Assembly (NCBI GenBank): GCA_028707125.1
Contig: JAQTUX010000001.1
Coordinates: 269,639-333,638 of the forward strand
Length of the DNA stretch: 64,000 nucleotides
Source of the DNA: Candidatus Omnitrophota bacterium
GTDB lineage: Bacteria > Omnitrophota > Gorgyraeia > Gygaellales > JAQTUX01
Direction: 5' to 3'
Under the pieces are notes generated by a model, which was given only the letters and a program-made list of their open reading frames with translations, made no database searches and had not been told where the DNA came from. A program made the position numbers and the translations under genes. Shown piece by piece: positions 44,180 to 54,153 of this stretch. How positions within the stretch are numbered: the first letter of the stretch is position 1; the number at the start of each line of letters is the position of its first letter.

Positions 44180-46561
44180 ATGAATACTACCGTTAAAACG
44201 CGGAGGCCGGCGGAAAGGATCATTTTCGCGGCCATCCTGCTTCTTATAATAACCGTGCCTTTGATCTTCAGCGGCAAAACCAGCCAGATATACGGGCTTA
44301 TCAAGATCGCCGCCATGGAATTCCTGCTTATCCTGCTTACGGGCCTTTGGGTCTTTAAGATGAACCGCAGGGGGGATTTTAAGATCATTTTTACTCCGGC
44401 AGGTATACCTTTGTTGATCTTCTCCCTTATTTGCGCGTTATCACTTTTGCGCGCCATAAATCTGCGGGAAGGGATAGTGCATCTGGCGCAGGTTTTATCT
44501 TACGTCGCCCTTTTCTTCATAGTAGTAAATAATATTGAATCTAAAAAAGAGGTCTCGCTGATAGTTAACGCCGCGATCTTGACGGCATTTTTGAGTTGTA
44601 TCTACAGCATGTACCGCGACCAGGGCCCTTATCTGTTTACCGCCATACGCCAGACATATATATCTACCTTCGGCCATCCGGTATTCTTCGCTCAGTTCCT
44701 GGGGCTTGTCGCGCCTGTGTGCCTGGCGGTTTTTCTGCAGAGCAAAAGCCTCCGGTCCAAACTATGCAGCGGCATCGCCCTGGCCACGCTCTTCTTCTTT
44801 TTATTATTGACCAAGGCAAGGGGGGCGTGGCTTGGCCTCATATGCGCCTCGCTTGTTGTCATTTTCATCCCGGCGGTTATGCATAAAGAGCGCAGATATA
44901 GATTCTTCCGCTTCATCCCCTGGAAAAGCATAGGCATATTCCTTCTTTGCCTTTTACTGCTTTTTTCCGGCCTGTCCGTATTCGCCCATTTCCGCGTCTG
45001 GCATAAGGAGATGGTAGAGCGTTTTTATTCGGCATTCAGCCTTTCCCATGTAACCAACGTAATGCGCGTTGAGGTATGGAAGAATACCTGGCAGATGATC
45101 ATGGGCAGCCGTTTATCAGGGGTGGGCGCGGGGAATTTTCCCGTTATTTATCCTGCTTACCGCAGCGTGGCCGAGATCTCGATCACGCCGGAAGGCAGGA
45201 CGTATTTAAGCGCCCATAACGATTACCTGCAGGTCCTGGCTGAGACGGGGATATTCGGCCTGGCCTGTTTTATGTTCATTATTTATTCTTTATTCAGAAT
45301 GGGCATATCTGTCCTGAAGAAGACCGGGGACAGGGACCTGTATTATATAACTCTGGGTATCCTGGGCGCGATCAGCGTGATCCTCGTGTACGCGCTTTTT
45401 AACCCTTCTTTTCAGATCCCTTCCACGGGAATGATATTCTGGCTTTGGGCGGGGTTGCTCGGCGTATTATACAAGAAGGAGTGCCTGTCCGCGCGCGAAG
45501 AGGCAGCTCCGAAGCCGAAGGGCCCTCTGGCCCAAAGCGCGATACTGGCGGTTACCTCAGCCGCGGCCATATATCTGGCCGCGCTGCTGATCAGGCATTT
45601 TGCCGCCGACTTATATTTTACCAAGGCAAGAGCATATAGAGAATCGGGGAGAGGGCTGGAGGCGATAAGTATCCTGGAAAGGTCCGCCCTGCTTTATCCC
45701 GGTAATTACGAAGCATATTTTTTGCTGGGGAACTATTACCAGGAACTGGAAAGGTTTAATGAGGCGTTCGCCCAGTATGAGGCCGCCCTGGAATTGCATC
45801 CGTACCAACCGATCGTTTTTAATAATCTGGGGACGGTATATTTTAAGACAGGGCAGTATCAGAAATCTGCCGTGGCCTTTAACAGGGCGGTAGACCTTAA
45901 TCCCCGCTACTTCGGGGCGTATTACAATCTTTATCTGGCCTATAACGCGATGGGGCAGCAGGAGAAGGCCCAGGAGTGCATACGCCTGATCTATGAGTTA
46001 AAGCCCGATTTCCTGGGCGGGATGTATATGGATCAGGAACAGTATGATGCCGCGATCGTGGCCTATGCCGCGGCTATTGAGAAGGATCCCGGAAATTACG
46101 GAGCGCATTTTAATCTGGGCCTGACCTATAAGATGAAGGGCCTGGATGATGAAGCGGCCGATGAATTCAGGAAGGCGATCGCGCTTAAGCCGGACCACGT
46201 GGGGGCTTACCGCAATCTGGGATTTCTGTTGTTTAAGAGTTTCAAAAGATATGATGAGGCAATAGAGATCCATAAGAAGCTGCTGGCCTTGGTGCCGGTG
46301 GATATAGAAGGCCACCTGAACCTCGGCCTGCTGTATACGGAGTCGGGAGATCACGCGCTCGCGGAACAGGAATTCAGGAAAATAATCGGGCTTAATCCTT
46401 ATTACGGCAAGGCCCATACCGCGCTGGCGGCGCTGTACCGCAGGCGGAATGATTTAGACGCTGCGGTCAGGGCGCTCAAGGAGGCGCTGGCGATAAGCCC
46501 GGAATCCTCCGAAATAAAAGTGATGCTGAACGATATTTATAAAGAAAAATTAATGCGGTAG
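44180..46561 (+). CDS. O-antigen-ligase/polymerase-like (Wzy_C) polytopic membrane protein with C-terminal TPR domain
   Basis: The ATG at 44180 (MNTTVKTRRP) lies 3 nt after the upstream stop and is preferred to the track start at 44096. More than 10 hydrophobic segments, the Wzy_C hallmark SAHNDYLQVLAETGIFGL, and ~8 TPR repeats over aa ~500-790. Confidence 0.8.
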   Translation: MNTTVKTRRPAERIIFAAILLLIITVPLIFSGKTSQIYGLIKIAAMEFLLILLTGLWVFKMNRRGDFKIIFTPAGIPLLIFSLICALSLLRAINLREGIVHLAQVLSYVALFFIVVNNIESKKEVSLIVNAAILTAFLSCIYSMYRDQGPYLFTAIRQTYISTFGHPVFFAQFLGLVAPVCLAVFLQSKSLRSKLCSGIALATLFFFLLLTKARGAWLGLICASLVVIFIPAVMHKERRYRFFRFIPWKSIGIFLLCLLLLFSGLSVFAHFRVWHKEMVERFYSAFSLSHVTNVMRVEVWKNTWQMIMGSRLSGVGAGNFPVIYPAYRSVAEISITPEGRTYLSAHNDYLQVLAETGIFGLACFMFIIYSLFRMGISVLKKTGDRDLYYITLGILGAISVILVYALFNPSFQIPSTGMIFWLWAGLLGVLYKKECLSAREEAAPKPKGPLAQSAILAVTSAAAIYLAALLIRHFAADLYFTKARAYRESGRGLEAISILERSALLYPGNYEAYFLLGNYYQELERFNEAFAQYEAALELHPYQPIVFNNLGTVYFKTGQYQKSAVAFNRAVDLNPRYFGAYYNLYLAYNAMGQQEKAQECIRLIYELKPDFLGGMYMDQEQYDAAIVAYAAAIEKDPGNYGAHFNLGLTYKMKGLDDEAADEFRKAIALKPDHVGAYRNLGFLLFKSFKRYDEAIEIHKKLLALVPVDIEGHLNLGLLYTESGDHALAEQEFRKIIGLNPYYGKAHTALAALYRRRNDLDAAVRALKEALAISPESSEIKVMLNDIYKEKLMR

Positions 46562-46567
46562 GTCGAT

Positions 46568-47398
46568 ATGTGCGTGAGCGTATATATCCCCGCGTACAAC
46601 GCGCAGGGCAGCATAGAAAAGAGCGTCAGGTCCATATTGAGCCAGTCCTGCCCCATAGATGAGATAATGGTCATAGACGACGGCTCCACCGACCGGACAG
46701 CGCAGATCGCCGCCGGCCTCGGCGTAAAGGTGATCCGCCATAGCCGGAACAGGGGGATCGCGGCGTCCCGTAATACCGCCCTCAAGGCCGTAAAGAGCGA
46801 GTTTGCCGCCTCCATAGACGCGGATTGCGTCGCCGAGAGCCGTTGGCTGGAGAAATGCCTGCGCCATTTTAACGACCCCGGCATCGCCGGCGTGGGAGGG
46901 GCAATGGCAGAGAGCGGGCGTTCTCTGCCGGACAGGTGGCGGGCGGTAAACCTGCGGCAAAACAATTGGAAAGGCGCTGACAGCGCGGTCCCTTTTCTTG
47001 CCGGCTGCAATACCGTGTACAGAAGAAGGGCGCTGTTGGATGCGGGGTTGTTCGACGAGAGGTTCAGGTCGCATCATGAGGACAGCGATATGGGCCGGCG
47101 CCTGCGCGAGAAAGGGGCTGTTTTACGTTATCTGCCGCATGCCATGGTCACGCATATAAAGGAAGATACGCTTTATTCGGTGATGAGGTCATGCTGGGGG
47201 TTCAGGCATAAGGCGGCGCCGCAGACATTGGCGGCGTTTACCGGAGATATCCTTGCCGATTGCAGGCATTACGTTTCAATTGTGCTCAGGGATGTCCGGA
47301 ACAGGGAATTGCGCCTTTTGCCGATAGACCTTGCATATTTATTTTTTCAGGCGTATTTTTCAATGAAATATTTCGCGCGGCAAGGCCGCATTAAATAA
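46568..47398 (+). CDS. Glycosyltransferase family 2
   Basis: VSVYIPAYNAQGSIEKSVRSILSQSCPIDEIMVIDDGSTDRT, with a DAD motif (SIDADCV). Confidence 0.85.
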   Translation: MCVSVYIPAYNAQGSIEKSVRSILSQSCPIDEIMVIDDGSTDRTAQIAAGLGVKVIRHSRNRGIAASRNTALKAVKSEFAASIDADCVAESRWLEKCLRHFNDPGIAGVGGAMAESGRSLPDRWRAVNLRQNNWKGADSAVPFLAGCNTVYRRRALLDAGLFDERFRSHHEDSDMGRRLREKGAVLRYLPHAMVTHIKEDTLYSVMRSCWGFRHKAAPQTLAAFTGDILADCRHYVSIVLRDVRNRELRLLPIDLAYLFFQAYFSMKYFARQGRIK

Positions 47399-48378
47399 TG
47401 ACAGCCAAACCGTTAGTGTCTTTATTGATCGTCAATTACAACGGGCGGCAGCTTCTTCCCGCTTTATTTTCTTCCATTGAGCGCCTTGATTATCCCCGGG
47501 AAAGGCTGGAGGTTATTTTTGTGGACGATAATTCAAGCGACGCATCGGTCGCCTTTCTGCGCGATAAATACCCCGGCATAAAAATAATCGAGAACAGGAA
47601 GAAGCTGGGCCCGGCCGGAGCAAGGAACGCGGGCATGCTTCGGGCGCGGGGAGAGTTTGTGGCCACGCTGGATAACGATGTGGTCCTTGACCCTGGCTGG
47701 CTGAAGCCGCTGGTGGAATTCATGCAAGGCGACGCGAACACGGGGGCCTGCGCTTCAAAACTGCTTTTTTATGACGATAAAGAGGTCATCAACGGAGCCG
47801 GAGGCATCGTGAACATATACGGCGACGGGATGGACAGAGGCATATTCCAGAAGGATTCAGGCCAGTATGATAAGCCCGAGCGGGTATTCTTTGCCTGTTC
47901 CGCGGCAATGCTGCTGCGCAGGAGCGTTATTGAGCGGATCGGCCTCTTTGACGGGGATTATTTTTATCTATATGAAGACCTGGATTATTGCTGGAGGATA
48001 AACCTGGCGGGATCCAAGGTCGTCTATGTCCCTTCCGCGGCCGCATACCACGGGTTTTCCCGGACGATGAAAAGGGATACCCTGCGGGTAAAATACCTCC
48101 TTGAGAAAAACCGGCTTACGACGCTCCTGAAAAATTACAGCTTATGGACGCTGGCGCGCCTTTCCGCGGGGCTGTTAAGGCACAGGTTTAGAAAGGCGTC
48201 TCTGCCCAGGGAGGGAGGGCATCCGGCCCTGGTCCTGTTCGCCGTCGGTTTAACCGCCTGGCTGTGGAATATCGCCAACGCGGGGCGGATCATTAAAAAG
48301 CGCTTATGGGTACAACGGCATGTGAGGAAGATAGGCGATCGCGAGATCGCCCGTCTAATGTGCGATGGAGCGATTTAA
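47398..48378 (+). CDS. Glycosyltransferase family 2 (rhamnosyl/galactosyl-transferase-like)
   Basis: VSLLIVNYNGRQLLPALFSSIERLDYPRERLEVIFVDDNSSDAS, GPAGARNAG, LDNDVVL, EDLDYCWR. Confidence 0.85.
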   Translation: MTAKPLVSLLIVNYNGRQLLPALFSSIERLDYPRERLEVIFVDDNSSDASVAFLRDKYPGIKIIENRKKLGPAGARNAGMLRARGEFVATLDNDVVLDPGWLKPLVEFMQGDANTGACASKLLFYDDKEVINGAGGIVNIYGDGMDRGIFQKDSGQYDKPERVFFACSAAMLLRRSVIERIGLFDGDYFYLYEDLDYCWRINLAGSKVVYVPSAAAYHGFSRTMKRDTLRVKYLLEKNRLTTLLKNYSLWTLARLSAGLLRHRFRKASLPREGGHPALVLFAVGLTAWLWNIANAGRIIKKRLWVQRHVRKIGDREIARLMCDGAI

Positions 48379-49492
48379 GGACATAAAAGTAGCGATAGTC
48401 CACGATTATTTAAATCAATACGGCGGCGCGGAAAGATGCCTGGAGATATTCCACCGGCTGTTTCCCCGCGCCCCGGTATTTACGCTGTTATACGACAAAG
48501 ACGCGCTTCCTCAATACAGGGATTGGGATATCAGGACGTCTTTTATCCAGGGCATCCCTTTTGCCGGGCGTTCATACAGGAATTTTATGTGGCTTTTTCC
48601 GCTGGCGATGAGGCGCCTTGACTTGAAGGGGTTTGACCTTATCTTGAGCAGTACTCACGCCTGGGGCAAGGGCATAAGGACAGGGCAGGGCAGCTGCCAC
48701 ATCTGTTTTTGCCTTACCCCCATAAGGTATTTCTGGGATCTATATGATGAGTACAGGCGCAATTACCACTTTAGCCCGCTTATGCGCCTGAGCCTGCCCT
48801 TGTTTGTCAACTCTATCCGCAGATGGGACCTTAAAATGTCGCGGCAGGTAGATTATTTTATCGCTATATCCAAGGTGGTATCCGGCAGGATACGCAGGTT
48901 CTATGCGAGAGAGTCATCTGTAATATACCCTTCTATTGACACCTCTTTTTTTTCCCCCTCCAACACCGGCGCAGACGGCGGCTATTATTTAAGCGTGTGC
49001 CGCCTGAAGGAATACAAGCGCGTGGACCTGATAGTAGAGGCGTTCAACCGCCTGAAATTGCCGCTGAAGGTCGCGGGCAGCGGGGAAATGGCCGCGAGAT
49101 TAAAAAGGAACGCCGGGCCCAATATAGAGTTTGTGGGCCCGGTGTACGGCAACGGCCTGCGCGATCTTTATCAGGGCTGCCGGGCGCTGGTCTTCGCCGC
49201 CAATGAGGACTTTGGGCTGGTGCCGCTTGAGGCCCAGGCCTGCGGACGGCCTGTGATCGCCTTTGCCGGGGGCGGGGCGCTGGAGACGGTTATTGAAGGG
49301 GTGACGGGCACGTTTTTCCGGGAGCAGGACGCGCGGTCGTTGATAGAGGCGGTTACCAGGTTCCAGCGGATGAGATTTGATGCCGCCGCGATACGCCGGA
49401 ATGCCGCGCGTTTTGACAACGCCAGATTTGAGACGGAATTCCTGGATTTTGTATATAAGCGGTACGAAGAATTCAACAGGGCAAAGGCATAG
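48365..49492 (+). CDS. Glycosyltransferase, GT4 family
   Basis: IKVAIVHDYLNQYGGAERCLE, EDFGLVPLEAQACGRPVIAFAGGGALETV. Confidence 0.8.
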   Translation: MERFKDIKVAIVHDYLNQYGGAERCLEIFHRLFPRAPVFTLLYDKDALPQYRDWDIRTSFIQGIPFAGRSYRNFMWLFPLAMRRLDLKGFDLILSSTHAWGKGIRTGQGSCHICFCLTPIRYFWDLYDEYRRNYHFSPLMRLSLPLFVNSIRRWDLKMSRQVDYFIAISKVVSGRIRRFYARESSVIYPSIDTSFFSPSNTGADGGYYLSVCRLKEYKRVDLIVEAFNRLKLPLKVAGSGEMAARLKRNAGPNIEFVGPVYGNGLRDLYQGCRALVFAANEDFGLVPLEAQACGRPVIAFAGGGALETVIEGVTGTFFREQDARSLIEAVTRFQRMRFDAAAIRRNAARFDNARFETEFLDFVYKRYEEFNRAKA

Positions 49493-49494
49493 CG

Positions 49495-50121
49495 ATGCGA
49501 AGGCCATATCTATTGATCAAAAGATCCGCCGATATAATCGCCGCCTCAGTGCTCCTGTTGCTGTTTTCCCCGTTATTTATAATACTGGGCCTGTTGATCG
49601 GCATGGATTCCGGCGCCCCTGTTTTTTTCAGGCAGACGAGGATAGGCAGGAACGGACGGAGGTTTAACATCTATAAATTCAGGACAATGCGCGAAGGCGC
49701 GGACAGATCGCAGGATCAATATGCCGATCTTAATGAATGGCCGCGGCCTTTATTCAAGGTCCGCAATGACCCGCGCCTTACCCGCATAGGCGCGCTCTTG
49801 CGCGACACGAATTTAGACGAGCTGCCGCAGCTGCTCAATGTTTTAAAGGGCGATATGAGCCTTATCGGGCCCCGCCCCTTTCAGGCAAACGAGGTGGATC
49901 TTTCCGACCGGCGGCAGCGCGGGCGCCTGGAGATCCTGCCCGGCATGGTCTCGCTGTGGCACGTGTCGGGCCAATACAGGCAGGGTATGAGTTTTGACGA
50001 GTGGATGGAGAGCGACCTGCGCTACGCAAGGGATATTTCTTTGTTTCTGGACGCGCAGATCCTGTTGAGGACTATCAGGATGTTAGGCCGGCACATTATT
50101 TTGAAGTTTTCCCTACGCTGA
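49495..50121 (+). CDS. Small monotopic phosphoglycosyl transferase (bacterial sugar transferase family, PglC/WbaP C-terminal type) that initiates on polyprenyl phosphate
   Basis: [67 protein letters not shown]. Confidence 0.9.
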   Translation: MRRPYLLIKRSADIIAASVLLLLFSPLFIILGLLIGMDSGAPVFFRQTRIGRNGRRFNIYKFRTMREGADRSQDQYADLNEWPRPLFKVRNDPRLTRIGALLRDTNLDELPQLLNVLKGDMSLIGPRPFQANEVDLSDRRQRGRLEILPGMVSLWHVSGQYRQGMSFDEWMESDLRYARDISLFLDAQILLRTIRMLGRHIILKFSLR

Positions 50122-50134
50122 TAATCAACACATT

Positions 50135-51283
50135 ATGATAAGCAGGGCTTGGAAGGTATTTTTATTGCTGTTGGGCGTAAAGGCCCTTACTCTAGGGCAG
50201 AAATGCGTCATCCCCGCCGTATACGCGATGGAGAAGATCCATCTTAGCAAGCCCGGAGAACGCAAGGTCCTTTCATCCGATGTTGCCGTAGTCAAAGGCA
50301 TGGATATAGGCGCCTTGACCAGGCGCGCGATAGACCTGATCGGCGGCATGAAGTCAATAGTCAGGAAGGGGGACAAGGTCTTCATAAAACCGAATTATGT
50401 CACAGGGGGCCTCGACGGGCACGACCCCGTGGCTGCAGGCGAGATAGCCCACCCGGCTGTGGTGGCGGCGGTTGCCGAGGAATGCGTAAAGGCGGGGGCC
50501 AGAGAGGTGGTCATCGGAGAATGGGTTGAGCGGCCGGTAGCGATAAACTTCGGCGGCAGGGAGGGCAGGGAAGGGGCGCAGGTAAAGCACAGGATAGACC
50601 TGCTGAACAAGAAATACGGGAATAAGATCTATCTTGTCAATCTGATGAACCGCACTTCGTATTTCAAGTATGTGCCTTCGCAGACCTCGCTCAGGTTCTT
50701 AGCCATACCTAACCTGGTCGCCGAGGCAGATGTGATTATTTCGATACCTTCCCTGAAGACGCATCATAAACCCTGCCCGGTCAGCTTGGGGATGAAGAAT
50801 TTTATGGGGATCATGCCTTCCATCTTTTACGGCGAGCCGCGCAGGAAACTCCATGAGGCGGGCGTACACCAGATCATCGTAGATATCAATAATGCGCTTA
50901 AACCTGACCTGGTTGTTGTTGACGGCAGCTTCGGCATGGAAGGCAGAGGGGCTTCTGTTTTTCTGGGAGGGGAACCGGTTGACGTCAGCAAGCGCATCGG
51001 AGGATACCTTGTGATCGCGGGCACGGATCCAGTTGCCACCGATGCCACGGCAACGCGTATTATATCCAGAAACTGGACGCCTGTTCCGGAAGCCGGCGTG
51101 CTGGGCGCGCCCTGGTATGTGCATCATATCAGGATGGCCCATGAACAGGGGTTAGGCAACATAGGCGCCGATCTCATAAATATCAAAGGGGACACTTCTC
51201 TGGAAGGCGTATCCATGAATTGGAAACAGTCGGATGACGGGGTGTATCCGGAAAGGCCGGGCGATAAATATGAAGCGTGGTAG
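50135..51283 (+). CDS. DUF362-like protein with N-terminal signal/anchor
   Basis: VFIKPNYV...SLKTHHKPCPVSLGMKNFMG...VVDGSFGMEG resembles the DUF362 pattern (IKPN / LKTH / DG..gmeG). Function unknown. Confidence 0.55.
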   Translation: MISRAWKVFLLLLGVKALTLGQKCVIPAVYAMEKIHLSKPGERKVLSSDVAVVKGMDIGALTRRAIDLIGGMKSIVRKGDKVFIKPNYVTGGLDGHDPVAAGEIAHPAVVAAVAEECVKAGAREVVIGEWVERPVAINFGGREGREGAQVKHRIDLLNKKYGNKIYLVNLMNRTSYFKYVPSQTSLRFLAIPNLVAEADVIISIPSLKTHHKPCPVSLGMKNFMGIMPSIFYGEPRRKLHEAGVHQIIVDINNALKPDLVVVDGSFGMEGRGASVFLGGEPVDVSKRIGGYLVIAGTDPVATDATATRIISRNWTPVPEAGVLGAPWYVHHIRMAHEQGLGNIGADLINIKGDTSLEGVSMNWKQSDDGVYPERPGDKYEAW

Positions 51284-52211
51284 AAGGGCCGGACTGGCCG
51301 TTCTTTTCGCGGCCGCCCTGTCCAATTGCCTTGTTTTCGCCGGCGATCGCGGGTTGGTCAGGCATGCCGTTGAGGCAAAGGGGGGCTGGGAAAGGGGGAT
51401 AGTCTTAAAAAGGGCGGTGTTGTTGACGGATAAGAACAACGCCGGCGCTGCCATAGATTTTGAAGTGCCTGTTGACGGAGATTATCAGCTTTACGCTTAT
51501 GTTTATCACAACTGGAGGAAGTATACGCCGTTCATTCATTTTGAAGCGCGGGATGCGGCAGGGGTTTTGCATGCCGGCTATATGTTTTTTGAGCATTGCT
51601 GGTATCTGGACAAAAGCCAGCCGGGCAGATGGCTGATGCATTCTCCCAACGCCATGCCGTTTTGGCGGCTGCCTAAGGGCAGGCTTTCCTTGCGTTTCCG
51701 GGCTACGGGCAGGGATTCCATGTGGGATCAGGATGATTCCGGAATGGAAGGCGTCATTGCTTTGGAGACATTGATATTGGTCCCGGTATCGGACGGCTTC
51801 TCCGCAAGCCCCATGGACCCGGAGTTCTTGCAGGGAGGGGCGCGGGATATGGTATATTCTGAAGACCACGGAACAGGGATAGCCGTGATCTCAGAAAACA
51901 AAGTTTCTTATCGGGGGATCAAGCTCCCGGTATCGGGAAACTACGCGGCGCTGTTCTCGCTCTATTCGCAGGGGCCCTATAAGCTTGAGGTGTCGTTCAG
52001 CAAAGGCGGAGTTGATCGGAACTTTATCATTGAAGATCAGGCCGCTTCATCTTTATGGCGAAACGCGGTCTCCGGCCAGTTTTATATCGAGGCCGGAGAT
52101 TATACCGTGGGGTTAAGAGATATGTCCGGATCAGCTGCCGGTAATGGAATGGCGGTCGACTACTTTATTCTTATGCCGTTGCCGAAGGAGGCGCATGGAG
52201 AGTTTGAATGA
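51270..52211 (+). CDS. Secreted protein of unknown function with two beta-sandwich-like (carbohydrate-binding-module-like) halves
   Basis: The ATG at 51270 gives the signal peptide MKRGRRAGLAVLFAAALSNCLVFAGD. Each half carries a G(D/N)Y..(L/A).....Y motif and ends in ...LILVPV / ...FILMPLP. No recognisable catalytic motif. Confidence 0.4.
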   Translation: MKRGRRAGLAVLFAAALSNCLVFAGDRGLVRHAVEAKGGWERGIVLKRAVLLTDKNNAGAAIDFEVPVDGDYQLYAYVYHNWRKYTPFIHFEARDAAGVLHAGYMFFEHCWYLDKSQPGRWLMHSPNAMPFWRLPKGRLSLRFRATGRDSMWDQDDSGMEGVIALETLILVPVSDGFSASPMDPEFLQGGARDMVYSEDHGTGIAVISENKVSYRGIKLPVSGNYAALFSLYSQGPYKLEVSFSKGGVDRNFIIEDQAASSLWRNAVSGQFYIEAGDYTVGLRDMSGSAAGNGMAVDYFILMPLPKEAHGEFE

Positions 52212-53067
52212 CCAGATCAGATCCATAAAGAAGCGTATGCGGGCAGTACCAGGTTTAGTTATAGATAACTTTGGCCTGTCTTCGCATCTTGGGAAGCGGC
52301 TTTCCCCGGGATGCCGCGCCTGCAAGGAGAACAAGTGGACGACCGTCTTTATCGGCAAGGCCTGTAATTGTTCATGCTATTTCTGCCCTCAGCCGCATAA
52401 AAAGCCGGCCCTGGGAAGCAGGGAAGATAATGACGGTATGATCAGCACAAGTTTCTCAAGGGAATCTTTTGAGCATCTTTTAGTTAAGCTGAAGAACGCG
52501 GCCCATAACGGCTCCATACGCGCGGTGGGATACTCCGGAGGCGACCCCCTTCTTTATGCCGAAAGGATTATTTATTTTGCCGGAGAATTAAACGACTCCG
52601 CCCCATCTTTATATCAATATATTGAAACCAATGCCAGATCGCTGAACAAGAAAATGGCAGGGGAACTTCGCGGCGCCGGCATCAAAGAAATACGCTTTAA
52701 TCTTGCCGCCACGGATTATTCTCCGTCGATAATAAAGAAGATGAAATACGCGAGGAAGGCCATGCCTTTTCTGACGGTTATCCTTCCGGCGTTAAGGCAG
52801 ACGCCAAAAATGATCGCGAGGCATATCGGAGAATTTATTGACATCGGGGTAGACCAGATCACTTTATGCGAGATGGTCGTCAACAGCAACAATGAACGCT
52901 ATTTCAAAGGCGAGTCCTTTTACAGTATGGGTAATGAAGAAAGGTATCCGATTTTCAGCAGGCATGTGATATACGACGTTATGAGCACCGCCGCTAAAGA
53001 GAAGTGGCCAATTACCATTAACGAATGCTCCGCCTTGAATCATCAGAAACCCGGCCCGCTGTTCTAA
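52195..53067 (+). CDS. Small radical-SAM protein (activase-like)
   Basis: The ATG at 52195 (MESLNDQIRS) is preferred to the track start at 52144. VFIGKACNCSCYFCPQP (CX3CX2C), YSGGDPLLY. Confidence 0.65.
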   Translation: MESLNDQIRSIKKRMRAVPGLVIDNFGLSSHLGKRLSPGCRACKENKWTTVFIGKACNCSCYFCPQPHKKPALGSREDNDGMISTSFSRESFEHLLVKLKNAAHNGSIRAVGYSGGDPLLYAERIIYFAGELNDSAPSLYQYIETNARSLNKKMAGELRGAGIKEIRFNLAATDYSPSIIKKMKYARKAMPFLTVILPALRQTPKMIARHIGEFIDIGVDQITLCEMVVNSNNERYFKGESFYSMGNEERYPIFSRHVIYDVMSTAAKEKWPITINECSALNHQKPGPLF

Positions 53068-53085
53068 GGGCCCGACAGGACTAAC

Positions 53086-54105
53086 GTGATACAGATCAAG
53101 CCAGAGCGGATAAAACGGCTGCGCGCGACGCTAGACGATATTTCTTACGATGTTATAAGCAGAGATGTCGGAGAGGCAGCGGCACACCGGCTTCCGGAAA
53201 AGATCAAGGTATTTATCGATCTTTTTGTTTTGGGTTCAAGTATCAAGCCGCCCTTGGTAAAAAAGGCCCTGGGAAGACAGTCCTTTGAGGATCTGTCGCG
53301 CCTTGGCCTTATCAGCTCTGATAAAGAGCGCGTAAAGCCCAAATACAGGATAAGGTCGTTTAATAATTATTACTTTTTATATGAAAAAGGCAGCAACAGG
53401 CATATAGATTTCGTGTACCTGGATCAGGATTCTTTTCATCTGGCTGAAAACCTTCCCTATAATTTCAAAGCTAAAAACGCGCTTGACCTGTGCACGGGAA
53501 GCGGCATACAGGCGGTCCTTTTATCAAAAACAGCCGAACGCGTCACCGCGGTTGAACTGTCTTCCAGAACCGCGGAGGTGGCGCGGTTTAATATCATATT
53601 GAACGGGCTTTCAAAGAAAGTATCGGTATTGCAGGGTGACATATACGCCCCCGTGGGCAGGCGCAGGTTCGACCTTATCGTTTCCAACCCGCCCTTTATG
53701 CCTGTGCCCGACAATATAACCTATCCGCTTTGCGGCAGGGGAGGAGAAGACGGGCTGCTGGTCAGCCGAAGGATAATCGACTCGTTGGACAAACATTTGA
53801 CCAGAAAAGGCCTGGCGGTCTTCTTAAGCATTACCTTTGGCGACAGATACGCCCCGTTTATCCTTAAGAACCTTGAATCTGCCGCCAAGAGGGATGATTT
53901 TGACGTTGACCTCATTTTATTCAGGCGCACCCCAAAACACTCCGAGATATCGGGAAGGGCGGCCACCTTGCGTAAAGATAACGGCGTAAACCCGCTGGAT
54001 GAGATGAGGCGGATCTACAAACAGGCGGGCGCTGACCACATTTACGTGTATCTTGTGAAGATTAAAAGGGGCAGCGGCTCTGTGAGGGTCATAGACCTAT
54101 GTTGA
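53086..54105 (+). CDS. Class I SAM-dependent methyltransferase with NPPF motif (HemK/PrmC/MTS-like)
   Basis: ALDLCTGSGIQAVLL (motif I), VTAVELS, FDLIVSNPPFMPVP (motif IV). GTG start. Confidence 0.8.
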   Translation: MIQIKPERIKRLRATLDDISYDVISRDVGEAAAHRLPEKIKVFIDLFVLGSSIKPPLVKKALGRQSFEDLSRLGLISSDKERVKPKYRIRSFNNYYFLYEKGSNRHIDFVYLDQDSFHLAENLPYNFKAKNALDLCTGSGIQAVLLSKTAERVTAVELSSRTAEVARFNIILNGLSKKVSVLQGDIYAPVGRRRFDLIVSNPPFMPVPDNITYPLCGRGGEDGLLVSRRIIDSLDKHLTRKGLAVFLSITFGDRYAPFILKNLESAAKRDDFDVDLILFRRTPKHSEISGRAATLRKDNGVNPLDEMRRIYKQAGADHIYVYLVKIKRGSGSVRVIDLC

Positions 54106-54153
54106 AAGTCCTTATGCTTCAGTTATCCGTAACCGGCAGCGTTGTTTGATTAA

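Noticed and set aside
49495-50121. Possibility that the locus is a Wzx/Wzy-dependent O-antigen or capsule cluster
   Set aside because: No Wzx flippase-like (MOP family) or Wzz/Wza genes were seen, and a Wzm/Wzt pair heads the operon. The ABC-dependent route is the better fit despite the Wzy_C-like gene.
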